From positions 1 through 38,838 of IMG/VR virus record IMGVR_UViG_2718217859_000004: a DNA stretch of 38,838 nucleotides, one strand, 5' to 3'. This DNA is from a virus (taxonomy: Duplodnaviria; Heunggongvirae; Uroviricota; Caudoviricetes). Positions 25,733 to 34,871 of the stretch are shown here, piece by piece (position 1 is the first letter of the stretch; every line of letters starts with the position of its first letter). The translations under genes were made by a program, and so were the position numbers. The notes beneath the pieces are model-generated. The model did no database searches. It saw only the letters and a list, made by a program, of their open reading frames with translations, and was not told where the DNA came from.

Positions 25733-26339
25733 AGTGGCAGAGTTACGCCGCAGGGTGGCGAATATAGTCCTGCGCGGCGTGGTGGAGGAGGTGATCCCGG
25801 GGAGTCCGGTGATGGTCCGGGTGGATATCGGGGATGTGCTTTCGCCGCCGTTGCCCTGGATTCAGGTGCAGTCCGGGCGTTACATGCAGGTCAGTAATTA
25901 CCCGGCTCCCGGAGATGCGGTCACGGTGATATCGGAAGCGGGCGATCTGCGTAACGGTCGTGTGTATCCGGGGGCGAATATTGACGCCATTCCTGTACCG
26001 GCGGGCAGCGAATATGAGCATGTTATTTTGTTTGATACCGGCACGGAGATCCGTTACGACCGTCAGGCTAATGCCCTGTCCATCACGCTGGCTGAAGGTG
26101 GCAGCTATAAAATTACCGGCAGGGGAACGCTGGACGGTCCGGTGAAAATCACGGACACCCTGACCGTACAGGGTAAAGCAACCATGAATGCTGAGGCGGT
26201 GGTTAAGGCGGATCTGATGGTCGGCGGTGAGGTTTCTGATCATTACGGAACGATGAGTCAAATCCGGCTTGTCTATAACGGTCACAATCACCGGGGCGAC
26301 AGTGGTGGCAGCACCGGACAGCCTGGCCAGCTAATGTAA
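25716..26339 (+). CDS. Baseplate assembly / spike protein V (P2 gpV-like)
   Basis: ATG 25716 with GGAGGG upstream; C-terminal ...HNHRGDSGGSTGQP matches P2 V C-terminus ...HKHPGDSGGTTGSP. Confidence 0.8.
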   Translation: MSLADEVAELRRRVANIVLRGVVEEVIPGSPVMVRVDIGDVLSPPLPWIQVQSGRYMQVSNYPAPGDAVTVISEAGDLRNGRVYPGANIDAIPVPAGSEYEHVILFDTGTEIRYDRQANALSITLAEGGSYKITGRGTLDGPVKITDTLTVQGKATMNAEAVVKADLMVGGEVSDHYGTMSQIRLVYNGHNHRGDSGGSTGQPGQLM

Positions 26340-26370
26340 TTTCCTTTCAGTTTTTTCCGGAATAAACAAC

Positions 26371-26727
26371 ATGATTGGTATTGATTCAGCCACCGGCAGA
26401 TATCTGCACGGTAATGAACATCTGCGCCAGTCCGTTACCGATATTCTGTCAACGCCGGTCGGCAGCCGGGTACTTCTCAGGGAATACGGCAGCAGGCTGT
26501 TCAGTCTGCTTGATAACCCGCAGGATGATTTCACGCGGGTGAGGATTGTTCGTGAAACGGCAACCGCCCTTGAACGCTGGGAACCCCGTCTGACCCTTCG
26601 CCGGGTGGAGGTGACGTGGACCGGAGAAGGAAGCGCCTGGCTGACGCTTGTCGGGGTGAATAACGAAACACAGGAAACGATTCGACTTGAGGAGATAAAA
26701 ATTGGCAACGTCTCAGGCAATCATTGA
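26371..26727 (+). CDS. Baseplate protein W (P2 gpW / GPW-gp25-like)
   Basis: LRQSVTDILSTPVGSRVLLREYGSRLFSLLDNPQ...ALERWEPRLTL parallels P2 W (ISQSIGDILRTPVGSRVMRRDYGSLLASMIDQPQ...LKWEPRVTL). Confidence 0.85.
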   Translation: MIGIDSATGRYLHGNEHLRQSVTDILSTPVGSRVLLREYGSRLFSLLDNPQDDFTRVRIVRETATALERWEPRLTLRRVEVTWTGEGSAWLTLVGVNNETQETIRLEEIKIGNVSGNH

Positions 26728-27616
26728 TCTGTCCGCGATACCGGTACCGGATGCGGTGGAGGTACCGGACACCGCTGTGCTGGTCACTCAGATAGTGGCG
26801 AAGTATCAGGAGCTGGACACGTTATTTTCGGCCCTGGTGGAATCCGATCCGGCGTATAAATGGGCGGAGGCGCTGGCTTTTCGGGTGGCGCTGATGCGCC
26901 AGCAGGTCAATGATGCCGTCCGGGCCGTACTGCTTGCCAGTGCCCGTGGGAACGATCTGGATCAGGTTGGGGCGAATTTTCAGGTACAGCGTCTGGTGAT
27001 TACCCCGGCAGATGACAGCACCATCCCGCCCACGCCGGCGGTGTATGAAGATGATGACGCTTTTCGCGAACGCATCCAGTTGTCATGGGCACGACTCAGC
27101 ACTGCAGGCGCGAAAAACGCATACCACTATTTTGCCCGGAGTGCCGATCCTGATGTGCTGGATGTGAAAGCCTACGGGCCGGAAACACATTCACAGGAAG
27201 GGCGTGTATTTCTTTATGTGTTATCACGAACCGGAAACGGTACGGCATCACAACCCCTGCTGGATAAGGTGGCAGCGTCAGTTAATGATGATGAAACCCG
27301 TCCCCTGACGGATTTTGTCAGTGTCCGTGCGGCAGAAATTATTCCCTACGATGTGGTGGCGGATATTCATATTCCCTACGGACTGGATGGTGAACTGGTA
27401 ATGGCAAATGCCCGCAAGGCGCTGCAGTCATACACTGACAGCGTCCACCGGATTGGCTCGGTTGCATCCCGTTCTGGCATGGATGGTGCCCTTCACCAGA
27501 CCGGGGTGATTACGGTGAATCTGACCTCTCCGGGCAGTGATATCGTTCCTGCGATGGGGCAGGCACCGTGGTGCCGTAAGGTGACGCTGAACAAGGTGGA
27601 GACAACCGATGAATGA
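26702..27616 (+). CDS. Baseplate protein J (P2 gpJ-like)
   Basis: In-frame stop at 26696-26698 forces a TTG start at 26702 (GGAG 7 nt upstream); AIIDLSAIPVPDAV...GNDLDQVGANFQVQRLVITPADDSTIPPTPAVYEDDD matches P2 J. Confidence 0.85.
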   Translation: MATSQAIIDLSAIPVPDAVEVPDTAVLVTQIVAKYQELDTLFSALVESDPAYKWAEALAFRVALMRQQVNDAVRAVLLASARGNDLDQVGANFQVQRLVITPADDSTIPPTPAVYEDDDAFRERIQLSWARLSTAGAKNAYHYFARSADPDVLDVKAYGPETHSQEGRVFLYVLSRTGNGTASQPLLDKVAASVNDDETRPLTDFVSVRAAEIIPYDVVADIHIPYGLDGELVMANARKALQSYTDSVHRIGSVASRSGMDGALHQTGVITVNLTSPGSDIVPAMGQAPWCRKVTLNKVETTDE

Positions 27617-28199
27617 CGATATCAGGAGCATACTGCCGGTCAGTGCCAGCCGGGCAGAGCGGGTGGTGGACTGTGTCGCCGGAGATATGCTGTCAGACAT
27701 AGCGGTCTGCCTGATCCGCTATGTTAAAAATCCCGATTTATGTCCTGCTGAATTGCTGCCATGGCTGGCCTGGGAAATGGCGGTGGACACCTGGAATGAA
27801 CACTGGACGGAGGCGGAAAAACGGTCTGCGATAAAACGTGCTGCTTACATCCACCGCCACAGAGGGACTAAAGCGGCGCTGATAGCATCGCTGGCTGACA
27901 GTCCCTTCCGGTCGAAGATTGTTGAGTGGTATGAGCAGACCCCACCCGGGGAGCCGTATACCTTTCGTCTGAACGTGGAGCAGAAGGATTTACCGGTGCT
28001 GATGAATGATCATCAGGATCTGAAGCATGCGGTACTCCGTGCCAAAAATCTGCGCAGCTGGTTCAGTATTCACGTTTACGGGAACAGCACAGGGCGGGTA
28101 TTTGGTTACGGCTATGTGATGGCGACAGAAAAAATCAGAAGTACTGGTGTGATAACAAAGACAGTGCCCACTGGCGGGCAGAGTGAGGCAGGAGTATGA
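27609..28199 (+). CDS. Tail protein I (P2 gpI-like)
   Basis: Position and size after J; start overlaps J stop. Confidence 0.75.
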   Translation: MNDDIRSILPVSASRAERVVDCVAGDMLSDIAVCLIRYVKNPDLCPAELLPWLAWEMAVDTWNEHWTEAEKRSAIKRAAYIHRHRGTKAALIASLADSPFRSKIVEWYEQTPPGEPYTFRLNVEQKDLPVLMNDHQDLKHAVLRAKNLRSWFSIHVYGNSTGRVFGYGYVMATEKIRSTGVITKTVPTGGQSEAGV

Positions 28200-29455
28200 A
28201 TGGACTGATTCTGACAACGTCCGGCGCTGCAGAAATTGAAGCAGCATATCAGAACGGGCAAACCGTGACCGTCCGGCATGTTCTGCTTGGTGACGGGGGC
28301 GGGCGGGCATTGCCTTCCACGCCGGATGAAATGGCAGCAATGACATCGTTGTACGGCGAATTCGGGCAGGAACCCTTTTCCGACGGTGCGGTGGAGGAGG
28401 GCTTCATCAGCGGGGATATTGTGATTGACTGTAAATCATACCCCGGTAAAACCCTTCGTGAACTGGGGATGATCAGCGACAGAGGTACGCTTATCGCGTA
28501 CGGACGTTATCCCGACACCTTTTTACCAGACCAGACGGACTCCGTTATCAAGGAAGTTATTCTGACGCTGGTTCTTGGGCTGACGCACGCACAAAACGTG
28601 GTGCTGGAAGTTGATCCGGACAGGGCAATTATTACTCAGGAAATCGGAGACAGACGCTATCTGCAACGAAAAAAGAATCTTTCGGATGTGGAAGACAGTG
28701 ATGAGGCTGTTGAAAACCTCGGATTAAAACCCACGGTGGACAAGGCAAAAAATGCCGTTCAGCGTGATGGCGACACCATGAGCGGGGAACTGAAAATCCG
28801 TGGTGTTAATGCGCTGAGGATTTTCAACGAAGCATTTGGTCTGATTTTTCGTCGTTCGGAAGAGTTCCTGCACCTTATTCCTACCAGTGAAGGTCAGGGC
28901 GAGAATGGCGATATTGGCCCACTGCGACCGTTCAGCATTAACCTGCGGACGGGTGAAATATCCATGTCGCATAAAGTGTCTGTTGGCGGCGGTTCTCAGG
29001 TCAATGGTGCGCTGGGTATCGGCGTTCAGAACGCACTGGGCGGAAACTCAATTGCTTTCGGGGATAACGATACCGGCCTGAAACAGAATGGTGACGGCCT
29101 GCTGGATGTTTATGCCAATGGTCAGCACGTATTCCGTTTTCAGAATGGCGCGTTACAAAGTAACCAGGCAGTGAATGTTTCAGGGCGGGTAACACCGTCA
29201 GACTACGGAAACTTCGATGCACGTTACGCAAAAACAGGGGCCAGTATCACTTCTGTAAGGCTGGGGTCAAGACAAAGCTACTCCCCCGCAGGTAACTGGT
29301 ATACCTGGACGCAGGACCTTGGTAGCGGAAACGTCATGACCGGGATAATCGTTCAGGATACTGGCGACAATTCTGCAGATAACATTGGTGGTATTTATTA
29401 CCGGACCATTCAGTATTGTGTGAATGGTACCTGGATGAATGTATCGTCGATATGA
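28196..29455 (+). CDS. Tail fibre protein with P2 gpH-like N-terminal domain
   Basis: N-terminus TSGAAEIEAAYQNGQTVTVRHVLLGDGGG...ELGMISDRGTLIAYGRYP parallels P2 H (TTAGAAKLAAA...VGDGGG...ELGLYDDAGTLIAV); divergent C-terminal receptor-binding region. Confidence 0.8.
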   Translation: MNGLILTTSGAAEIEAAYQNGQTVTVRHVLLGDGGGRALPSTPDEMAAMTSLYGEFGQEPFSDGAVEEGFISGDIVIDCKSYPGKTLRELGMISDRGTLIAYGRYPDTFLPDQTDSVIKEVILTLVLGLTHAQNVVLEVDPDRAIITQEIGDRRYLQRKKNLSDVEDSDEAVENLGLKPTVDKAKNAVQRDGDTMSGELKIRGVNALRIFNEAFGLIFRRSEEFLHLIPTSEGQGENGDIGPLRPFSINLRTGEISMSHKVSVGGGSQVNGALGIGVQNALGGNSIAFGDNDTGLKQNGDGLLDVYANGQHVFRFQNGALQSNQAVNVSGRVTPSDYGNFDARYAKTGASITSVRLGSRQSYSPAGNWYTWTQDLGSGNVMTGIIVQDTGDNSADNIGGIYYRTIQYCVNGTWMNVSSI

Positions 29456-29481
29456 ATTCGCGTAAAAGAACGGTAAACACC

Positions 29482-30009
29482 ATGATAAACATTAAAAACT
29501 TCAGAGAATACACACCGGAAAATCCACCAGTAGCGTGGGCGTTATATCTCATCAGTGAGGATGGTCAGGACTGGTATGAATGCCAGAAACAGTTTGCGAC
29601 GAATACATACAAAATCATGTATGACAGTAATAACATTGTCCGCAGCATTACAACCGATGTTTCTGCGCTCTGTCCACTTAATGCAAGTGTTACCGAACTG
29701 GATGTACTTCCTGATGGTGTGAATATTGATGGTGGATGGTATTACCAGGACGGCGAAGTGCTGCCTGTGCCAGTGGATTATGTGGCCAAAGCAGAGGCAG
29801 AACGTCAGCGTCTGCTGATGACGGCACAGGATATCACATCCGGTTGGGCTACCGACCTGGCGCTGGGCATTCTCAGTGATGAAGAAAAAGAAAAACTGAA
29901 AGTCTGGCGCATTTACGCGAAATCGTTGCAGGCGTTGGATTTCAGCGCAATTGCAGACAAGACTGCTTACGACAATATTGGCTGGCCGGAGCAGCCACAA
30001 AATACCTGA
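29482..30009 (+). CDS. Tail fibre assembly chaperone (P2 gpG / Tfa family)
   Basis: MINIKNF...ISEDGQDWYECQKQF...KIMYDSNNIVRSITTDVSAL parallels P2 G (MQHLKNIK...SEDGKNWYEEVKNF...KIVYDENNIIVAITRDAS); alternative start 29452 (ATGA overlap with fibre stop). Confidence 0.8.
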   Translation: MINIKNFREYTPENPPVAWALYLISEDGQDWYECQKQFATNTYKIMYDSNNIVRSITTDVSALCPLNASVTELDVLPDGVNIDGGWYYQDGEVLPVPVDYVAKAEAERQRLLMTAQDITSGWATDLALGILSDEEKEKLKVWRIYAKSLQALDFSAIADKTAYDNIGWPEQPQNT

Positions 30010-30028
30010 AAAAGAAATGAATCATCAG

Positions 30029-30050
30029 ACCGCCTGAGGGCGGTTTTTTT
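30029..30050 (+). terminator. Intrinsic terminator between tail-fibre chaperone and sheath gene
   Basis: ACCGCC-tgag-GGCGGT followed by T7. Confidence 0.65.
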
Positions 30051-30063
30051 ATGGGAGAAATGT

Positions 30064-31539
30064 ATGTCCGGACTACATGGTGTTGAAACCATTGAACTGA
30101 CAACAGGCACGGTTGCCGTGCAGACCATCTCCACGGCAGTGATTGGCCTGGTGGGGACCGCACCGGACGCCTCTGGTGGCCTGTGCGCTTCCGGCACTGC
30201 CGGATCGTGGCTGCTGGGAACGGCGCTGGATTTCACGGCGAAACAGGAAGGCAGGGCCGGCAATAAGATTTCGGTGGTTGCCGTCGCTGCCACAGAACAA
30301 AGTGCGCAGACTACGGCCGCGCTGGAAGGTATAACCCTGACGATAACGCTGGGGACGGACGAACACAGCCAGGTTAACGCCACGGTGAACAGTGTGACTG
30401 AAGCGGTGAATGCGCTGGGGGATTCGCCTGTGACGGCGGCTGTCAGCTCCCTGAATGCAGGAGGCGCTGAAAATAATGTGGTGTCGCCGTTCAGCCTGAC
30501 GTTATCCGGCGGGGAAGATGAGGCGTTCCCGGTCAATACACCGGTGGTGGTGGCAGGGGCCATTACTCAGGCAGGGAAACTGGGCACAGCCGGAACATTA
30601 TACCCGGCCCTGCGTGATATTTTTGACCAGACTGGTGCGCTGGTGATTGTTGTGCGCGCAGAAAGTAAAACAAAGGCGAAAGAGGGCGAACAGCGTGCGG
30701 CGGTGATTCAGGCCATGGAGGCGCTGACAGAAAGTAAGGGCGTGACAGGCTATCAACCGCGCATCCTCATTGCCACGGGGTACAGTGAGGATGATGGCGT
30801 GGCAAAGGCGCTGGAAACGTATGCCGCGAAGCTGCGGGCTGTGGCCTATATTGACTCGCCCTCAATGGCAACGCCGCAGGATGTGGTTCAGCGGCGCGCG
30901 TCATTTGGCGGGCGTGTGGAGCTGCTGCGTCCGCGCGTGTCAGTGACGGATGACAGCGGGCAAACGATATTTCGTCCATATTCGGCTCGTGCTGCCGGGC
31001 TGCGTGCCCGTATTGATTACGAAAAAGGGTGGTGGTGGTCCAAATCAAACCAGGACGTGATGAATATCACCGGTATGGAGCAGGTGGACACATTTATTCT
31101 CGGGGAGCAGAACTGCACGGCAAACCTGCTGAACATGGAAAATATCTCCACCATTATTCGCCATGACGGTTTTAAACACTGGGGGAACCGTCTGTGCACA
31201 TCCCACAGTCAGTGGCGTTTTGAGCCGGTACGCCGCACTGCAGATGTGATTGAGGACAGCATCCAGGAGGCCATGCTGCCTTATGTCGATCGCCCGCTTG
31301 ATCGGGATGTGGCAGACGACATTCTTGGCAGCATTAATGCCTATATGCGTCAGCTTAAAAATCTGGGCGCGATCCACGGTGGCAGTGCATGGCTGAACGA
31401 TGAACTGAACACAGCAGAAACCCTGGCGGCAGGGCAGTTGTATATCGATTATGACTTTGGGCCGAAGTCACCACTGGAGCGCCTGACACTGCGGGCAATG
31501 ATTAACAATAAACTGGCGCTGGAGGAACTGACGGTATGA
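30064..31539 (+). CDS. Contractile tail sheath protein (P2 FI-like) with an internal insertion
   Basis: C-terminal half RIDYEKGWWWSKSN...IRHDGFKHWGNRLCTS...LYIDYDFGPKSPLERLTLR aligns with P2 FI (KIDQEQGWHKTLSN...IRRDGFRFWGNRTCSD...LYIDYDYTPVPPLENLTLR); ~95 aa longer than P2 FI. Confidence 0.85.
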   Translation: MSGLHGVETIELTTGTVAVQTISTAVIGLVGTAPDASGGLCASGTAGSWLLGTALDFTAKQEGRAGNKISVVAVAATEQSAQTTAALEGITLTITLGTDEHSQVNATVNSVTEAVNALGDSPVTAAVSSLNAGGAENNVVSPFSLTLSGGEDEAFPVNTPVVVAGAITQAGKLGTAGTLYPALRDIFDQTGALVIVVRAESKTKAKEGEQRAAVIQAMEALTESKGVTGYQPRILIATGYSEDDGVAKALETYAAKLRAVAYIDSPSMATPQDVVQRRASFGGRVELLRPRVSVTDDSGQTIFRPYSARAAGLRARIDYEKGWWWSKSNQDVMNITGMEQVDTFILGEQNCTANLLNMENISTIIRHDGFKHWGNRLCTSHSQWRFEPVRRTADVIEDSIQEAMLPYVDRPLDRDVADDILGSINAYMRQLKNLGAIHGGSAWLNDELNTAETLAAGQLYIDYDFGPKSPLERLTLRAMINNKLALEELTV

Positions 31540-32054
31540 TGACGGGTGAAAAAAAACTGTTGCGCGCATGGGCGTTATTTCTTCCTGGCGGGATCCGCCT
31601 TCAGGGGGCGCATGAATACACGCCGCCTGCGATTAATATCACGACAGTGGATATCAAAACCGGCGCAATGGATGCACCGGTGGCAGTGGATGACGGCATG
31701 GAAGCGCTGACCTGTTCGTTTAAGATTTATGGTTATGATGTTGCCATGCTTACGCTGCTGGGATTACAGGCCGGGCTTTATTCGCCGGAGATCGTTGTCC
31801 GCCAGGGTTACCAGGTGGGGAATGCGACCAGCGGACAGGTGGAAACCCTGCAGGGAATGATCACCAGTATCACGCCGGATGCACGTCCGGCAACGTCACA
31901 GGCAGAGGCTTCGGTGACGGTGGAAATGTCGCTGAGTTATTACCGTCAGACTGTCGACGGTGTGGAAACCATCTGCATTATTCCGGAGGAATTTGTGCGT
32001 CGTATTAACGGCGTTAATGTTCTGTCAGATCTGAAAAAAATCATTCGGGTTTAA
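31536..32054 (+). CDS. Tail tube protein (P2 FII-like)
   Basis: 172 aa, same as P2 FII; C-terminus INGVNVLSDLKKIIRV vs VNGVDRLEQHRRNIGL; start overlaps sheath stop. Confidence 0.8.
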   Translation: MMTGEKKLLRAWALFLPGGIRLQGAHEYTPPAINITTVDIKTGAMDAPVAVDDGMEALTCSFKIYGYDVAMLTLLGLQAGLYSPEIVVRQGYQVGNATSGQVETLQGMITSITPDARPATSQAEASVTVEMSLSYYRQTVDGVETICIIPEEFVRRINGVNVLSDLKKIIRV

Positions 32055-32073
32055 TCCGGTGATCCTGCCATTC

Positions 32074-32100
32074 AGGCGGCTCAGGCCGCCTTTTCTTTTT
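32074..32100 (+). terminator. Intrinsic terminator/attenuator between tube and tail-chaperone genes
   Basis: AGGCGGC-tcag-GCCGCCT followed by TTTTCTTTTT. Confidence 0.6.
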
Positions 32101-32114
32101 TAAAGGAGATGCTT

Positions 32115-32417
32115 ATGTCGGAAAAAAACAGTGTTCCTGCCAGCAGCGTGGAAATTGTGTTATCCGTGCCGTATGTCACCGCATCAGGACAGACGATCAC
32201 ACACATCACCATGCGTGCGCCTACCGTTCGCGATCGTCTGTTGCATCGCCGGAGCACTAAGCCGGAAGCAGAGGCCGATCTGGATATGATTGCCGGTCTG
32301 TGTGGGATGGACGCGGCAGACATGATGAATATGGAAGCGTGCGATTACCTGGCTCTGGAGCGGCAGTTTAATGTTTTTTTGCTGCCGCCGGTCCGGCGGA
32401 AGAAGAAAACATCCTGA
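32115..32417 (+). CDS. Tail assembly chaperone (P2 gpE-like), zero-frame product
   Basis: ATG 32115 six nt after AAGGAG; ends ...FNVFLLPPVRRKKKTS; located between tube and tape-measure genes. Confidence 0.75.
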   Translation: MSEKNSVPASSVEIVLSVPYVTASGQTITHITMRAPTVRDRLLHRRSTKPEAEADLDMIAGLCGMDAADMMNMEACDYLALERQFNVFLLPPVRRKKKTS

Positions 32418-32554
32418 TGGCGATACGGCGCGCCGGTGCCTGGTTAGGGTGGTCTCCCGTGGATGTGATGGCGCTGCCGTATGAGGATTTTGTGACAATG
32501 ATGCTGGCAGAGTCGGAGGAGAGGAAGCAACGTTATGGCAACGGTTGGCGATAA
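32115..32554 (+). CDS. Tail assembly chaperone frameshift product (P2 gpE+E'-like), -1 shift at T_TTT_TTG (32375-32381)
   Basis: Slippery heptamer T TTT TTG in the E frame; the -1 frame continues stop-free for 57 codons (AAAGPAEEENILMAIRRAGAWLGWSPVDVMALPYEDFVTMMLAESEERKQRYGNGWR) to TAA at 32552-32554, overlapping the tape-measure start. Confidence 0.7.
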
Positions 32555-34187
32555 CCTTAAAGCGAATATCCGGATCGGCGGCACGATAGATCCGTCGTGG
32601 AAAAATTCTGTTAATGGACTGAAAAAGGGCCTTTCCGGAGCCACGCGTGAAGTGGCTCGTCTGACACGCCAGCAGGACGTACTGAAACGAAAAATCCAGG
32701 CTGGCGTACTGGCTGGACAGGATATTACTGAACTGCGAAAGCAGTATGAAAAGCTGGGTAAAAAAATCCATAATGCCACCGCTGAGCAGGACAGATTTAA
32801 CCGCGAACTGGCGCGTGCGGAACGTCTGGCTCGCTGGAAAGGGCGTGGAACGACAGCCCTGAAAGTGGGGGGCGGGCTTTCAGTCGGGGCAGGACTGACA
32901 CTGGCAGGCGCTGCAGGTGCAGCACTTAGCCGGAACAGTGAAACGGCAGAGCGGGCAGGGATAGCCCGCAGTTATGGGGTGGATTATGAAACCTATGCGT
33001 CATGGGATTCTCTGGCCCGACTGATGGGGCTGAACGGTGAAAACATCGGTGATCTGTTTGAGGAGTACCGGAACAAGGTTTTTGACGATGATAATGGTGC
33101 CACGGATAAAGGGGCCATTCAGGAGGTCTTTGGAAAACTGGGACTGAAAGCCGGGGTGATGGCAGGGAAAAGTAACCAGGAGCAGGTCGAATTTTTATTT
33201 GATCGCTTACTGCAGGTAGAGAATGAACAGGTGGCAGCCGGGATGGCAGATGCGTTGTTCGGTGGTGAGGCCAATAAAATTCTGACCTGGATGCGTCTGT
33301 CAGGGAAAACTTACCGGGAGCTTATCAGTGAGCAGAAACGCTATAACCTGGTGACAAAGGCCGGGGCTGATGGTGCAGTTCAGGGACATGTGGCACTGTC
33401 AAATCTCCGTAATGTTCTGAGTTCTTCCATTGATGAAATCAGCGGACAGCTGGGTAATGAACTTGCCCCACGTATCCAACAGGTGACGGATGATCTTGCG
33501 GCCTGGTTTAAGGAGGGGGGCCTTGAGAAGATTCAGGCATTTATCCTTGATGATGCCCTGCCGGCGTTGATCGACTTGTCCGAGTGGATGTGGAAATTCG
33601 GAAAAGTTCTTGCAGGAATAACGCAGAAAGCCATTGAGTGGGGGCTGGCGGATGATTCGCGAGAGGACCGGCGAGAGGTGCTGGAATATCTGGCAAAAAT
33701 GGGGTCGCCTGAGCTGGCGAGAGCGGTGGCGCAGAAAAACGGTCAGGGTGAATGGTTTGATGAACTGCTCAGGCAAAATCCGGACCTGACGAAACAGGTT
33801 GTACAGGCTTATAAAGACACTCGCGGTTATCTCCCCTGGAACCATGACGATAAAAAGTTTGATGCATTTCTCGATCCTTTGCTGGGACCGAAGGAAGAAC
33901 CTGATTTTAAGGCGATAAAAGAGAAATCCCGCACCTACATTGACGGACTTCCTGCGGCTGGTCAGGGACAGGAAAATCCTGATCGCCTTTCAGCTCTCCA
34001 GTATACACCCGGCAGTATCAGCCAGGTGGAAGTAAAACCCACGTATCAGATACGGGCGGAATTCAACATTACCCAGAAACCTGGCGAGGATGCCGGACAA
34101 CTTGCAGACAGGGTGATGAAAAATCTGGGGGATATTAATTTTGGCCAGCGTTCCCGTATGACTGATGGTTATGAATCCTGGGGGTGA
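32535..34187 (+). CDS. Tail tape measure protein
   Basis: 550 aa, helical, Gly/Ala-rich central segment; canonical position after the chaperone pair. Confidence 0.8.
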   Translation: MATVGDNLKANIRIGGTIDPSWKNSVNGLKKGLSGATREVARLTRQQDVLKRKIQAGVLAGQDITELRKQYEKLGKKIHNATAEQDRFNRELARAERLARWKGRGTTALKVGGGLSVGAGLTLAGAAGAALSRNSETAERAGIARSYGVDYETYASWDSLARLMGLNGENIGDLFEEYRNKVFDDDNGATDKGAIQEVFGKLGLKAGVMAGKSNQEQVEFLFDRLLQVENEQVAAGMADALFGGEANKILTWMRLSGKTYRELISEQKRYNLVTKAGADGAVQGHVALSNLRNVLSSSIDEISGQLGNELAPRIQQVTDDLAAWFKEGGLEKIQAFILDDALPALIDLSEWMWKFGKVLAGITQKAIEWGLADDSREDRREVLEYLAKMGSPELARAVAQKNGQGEWFDELLRQNPDLTKQVVQAYKDTRGYLPWNHDDKKFDAFLDPLLGPKEEPDFKAIKEKSRTYIDGLPAAGQGQENPDRLSALQYTPGSISQVEVKPTYQIRAEFNITQKPGEDAGQLADRVMKNLGDINFGQRSRMTDGYESWG

Positions 34188-34189
34188 AG

Positions 34190-34678
34190 ATGGTGGATTT
34201 ACTGGGCTGGGGCGTAAACCGGCTTGAGCGCGAAGCATGGGACGCAGTGGGCTCATTAACGGAGGTGGCTTCCCGCGTCATGCTGTCGTTTGGTGAGTTT
34301 GAATTCAGTATCGATACGGCAGCGTATAACGCCATGAAGCGCACGATGGAATGGCGATGGGATGAACAACAGCTTATCGGAAAAAACGACCTGCTGCAGT
34401 ATACCGGCAAGGGGGCCAGAACGATAACCCTTGAAGGTATGGTGCATGCGGGATTTCGTGACGGTGTGGGAATGGATGCCCTTGATACACTGGTTCAGAT
34501 GGTGGATGACAATCCGGCCCCGCATCTTCTGGTCTCGTGCACAGGTGATGTGATGGGGTATTTCGTGGCAACCGCCTATTCAGATAACACCACCTCCTTT
34601 CTTCCCGGCGGTGCGCCAAAGAATAAAACGTTCACTCTGGAGCTGAAATACTATGGCGAAAAACTGGCGGACCACTGA
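34190..34678 (+). CDS. Tail protein U (P2 gpU-like)
   Basis: ATG 34190 after GGGGG (alt. GTG 34184 overlapping tape-measure stop); size and position match P2 U. Confidence 0.65.
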   Translation: MVDLLGWGVNRLEREAWDAVGSLTEVASRVMLSFGEFEFSIDTAAYNAMKRTMEWRWDEQQLIGKNDLLQYTGKGARTITLEGMVHAGFRDGVGMDALDTLVQMVDDNPAPHLLVSCTGDVMGYFVATAYSDNTTSFLPGGAPKNKTFTLELKYYGEKLADH

Positions 34679-34871
34679 CGGCGATATGCTGGATGACATC
34701 TGTCAGAGGCACTATGGCAGTGCCGGGCTTAACCAGTCACTGGCGGCGGTACTGGAGGCTAATCCGGGGCTGGCTGACCTTGGTCCGGTCTGTCCGGCGG
34801 GAGTGGAAATCGTGTTGCCGGACTGGGTATATGAACCGGAAGTGAAGGAGACGTTTCAGTTATGGGAGTGA
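34653..34871 (+). CDS. Tail protein X (P2 gpX-like)
   Basis: 72 aa; DGDMLDDICQRHYG...LEANPGLADLGPVCPAGVEIVLPD...KETFQLWE parallels P2 X (QGDTLDAICVRYYG...LAANPGLAELGAVLPHGTAVELPD...TVNLWE). Confidence 0.8.
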   Translation: MAKNWRTTDGDMLDDICQRHYGSAGLNQSLAAVLEANPGLADLGPVCPAGVEIVLPDWVYEPEVKETFQLWE

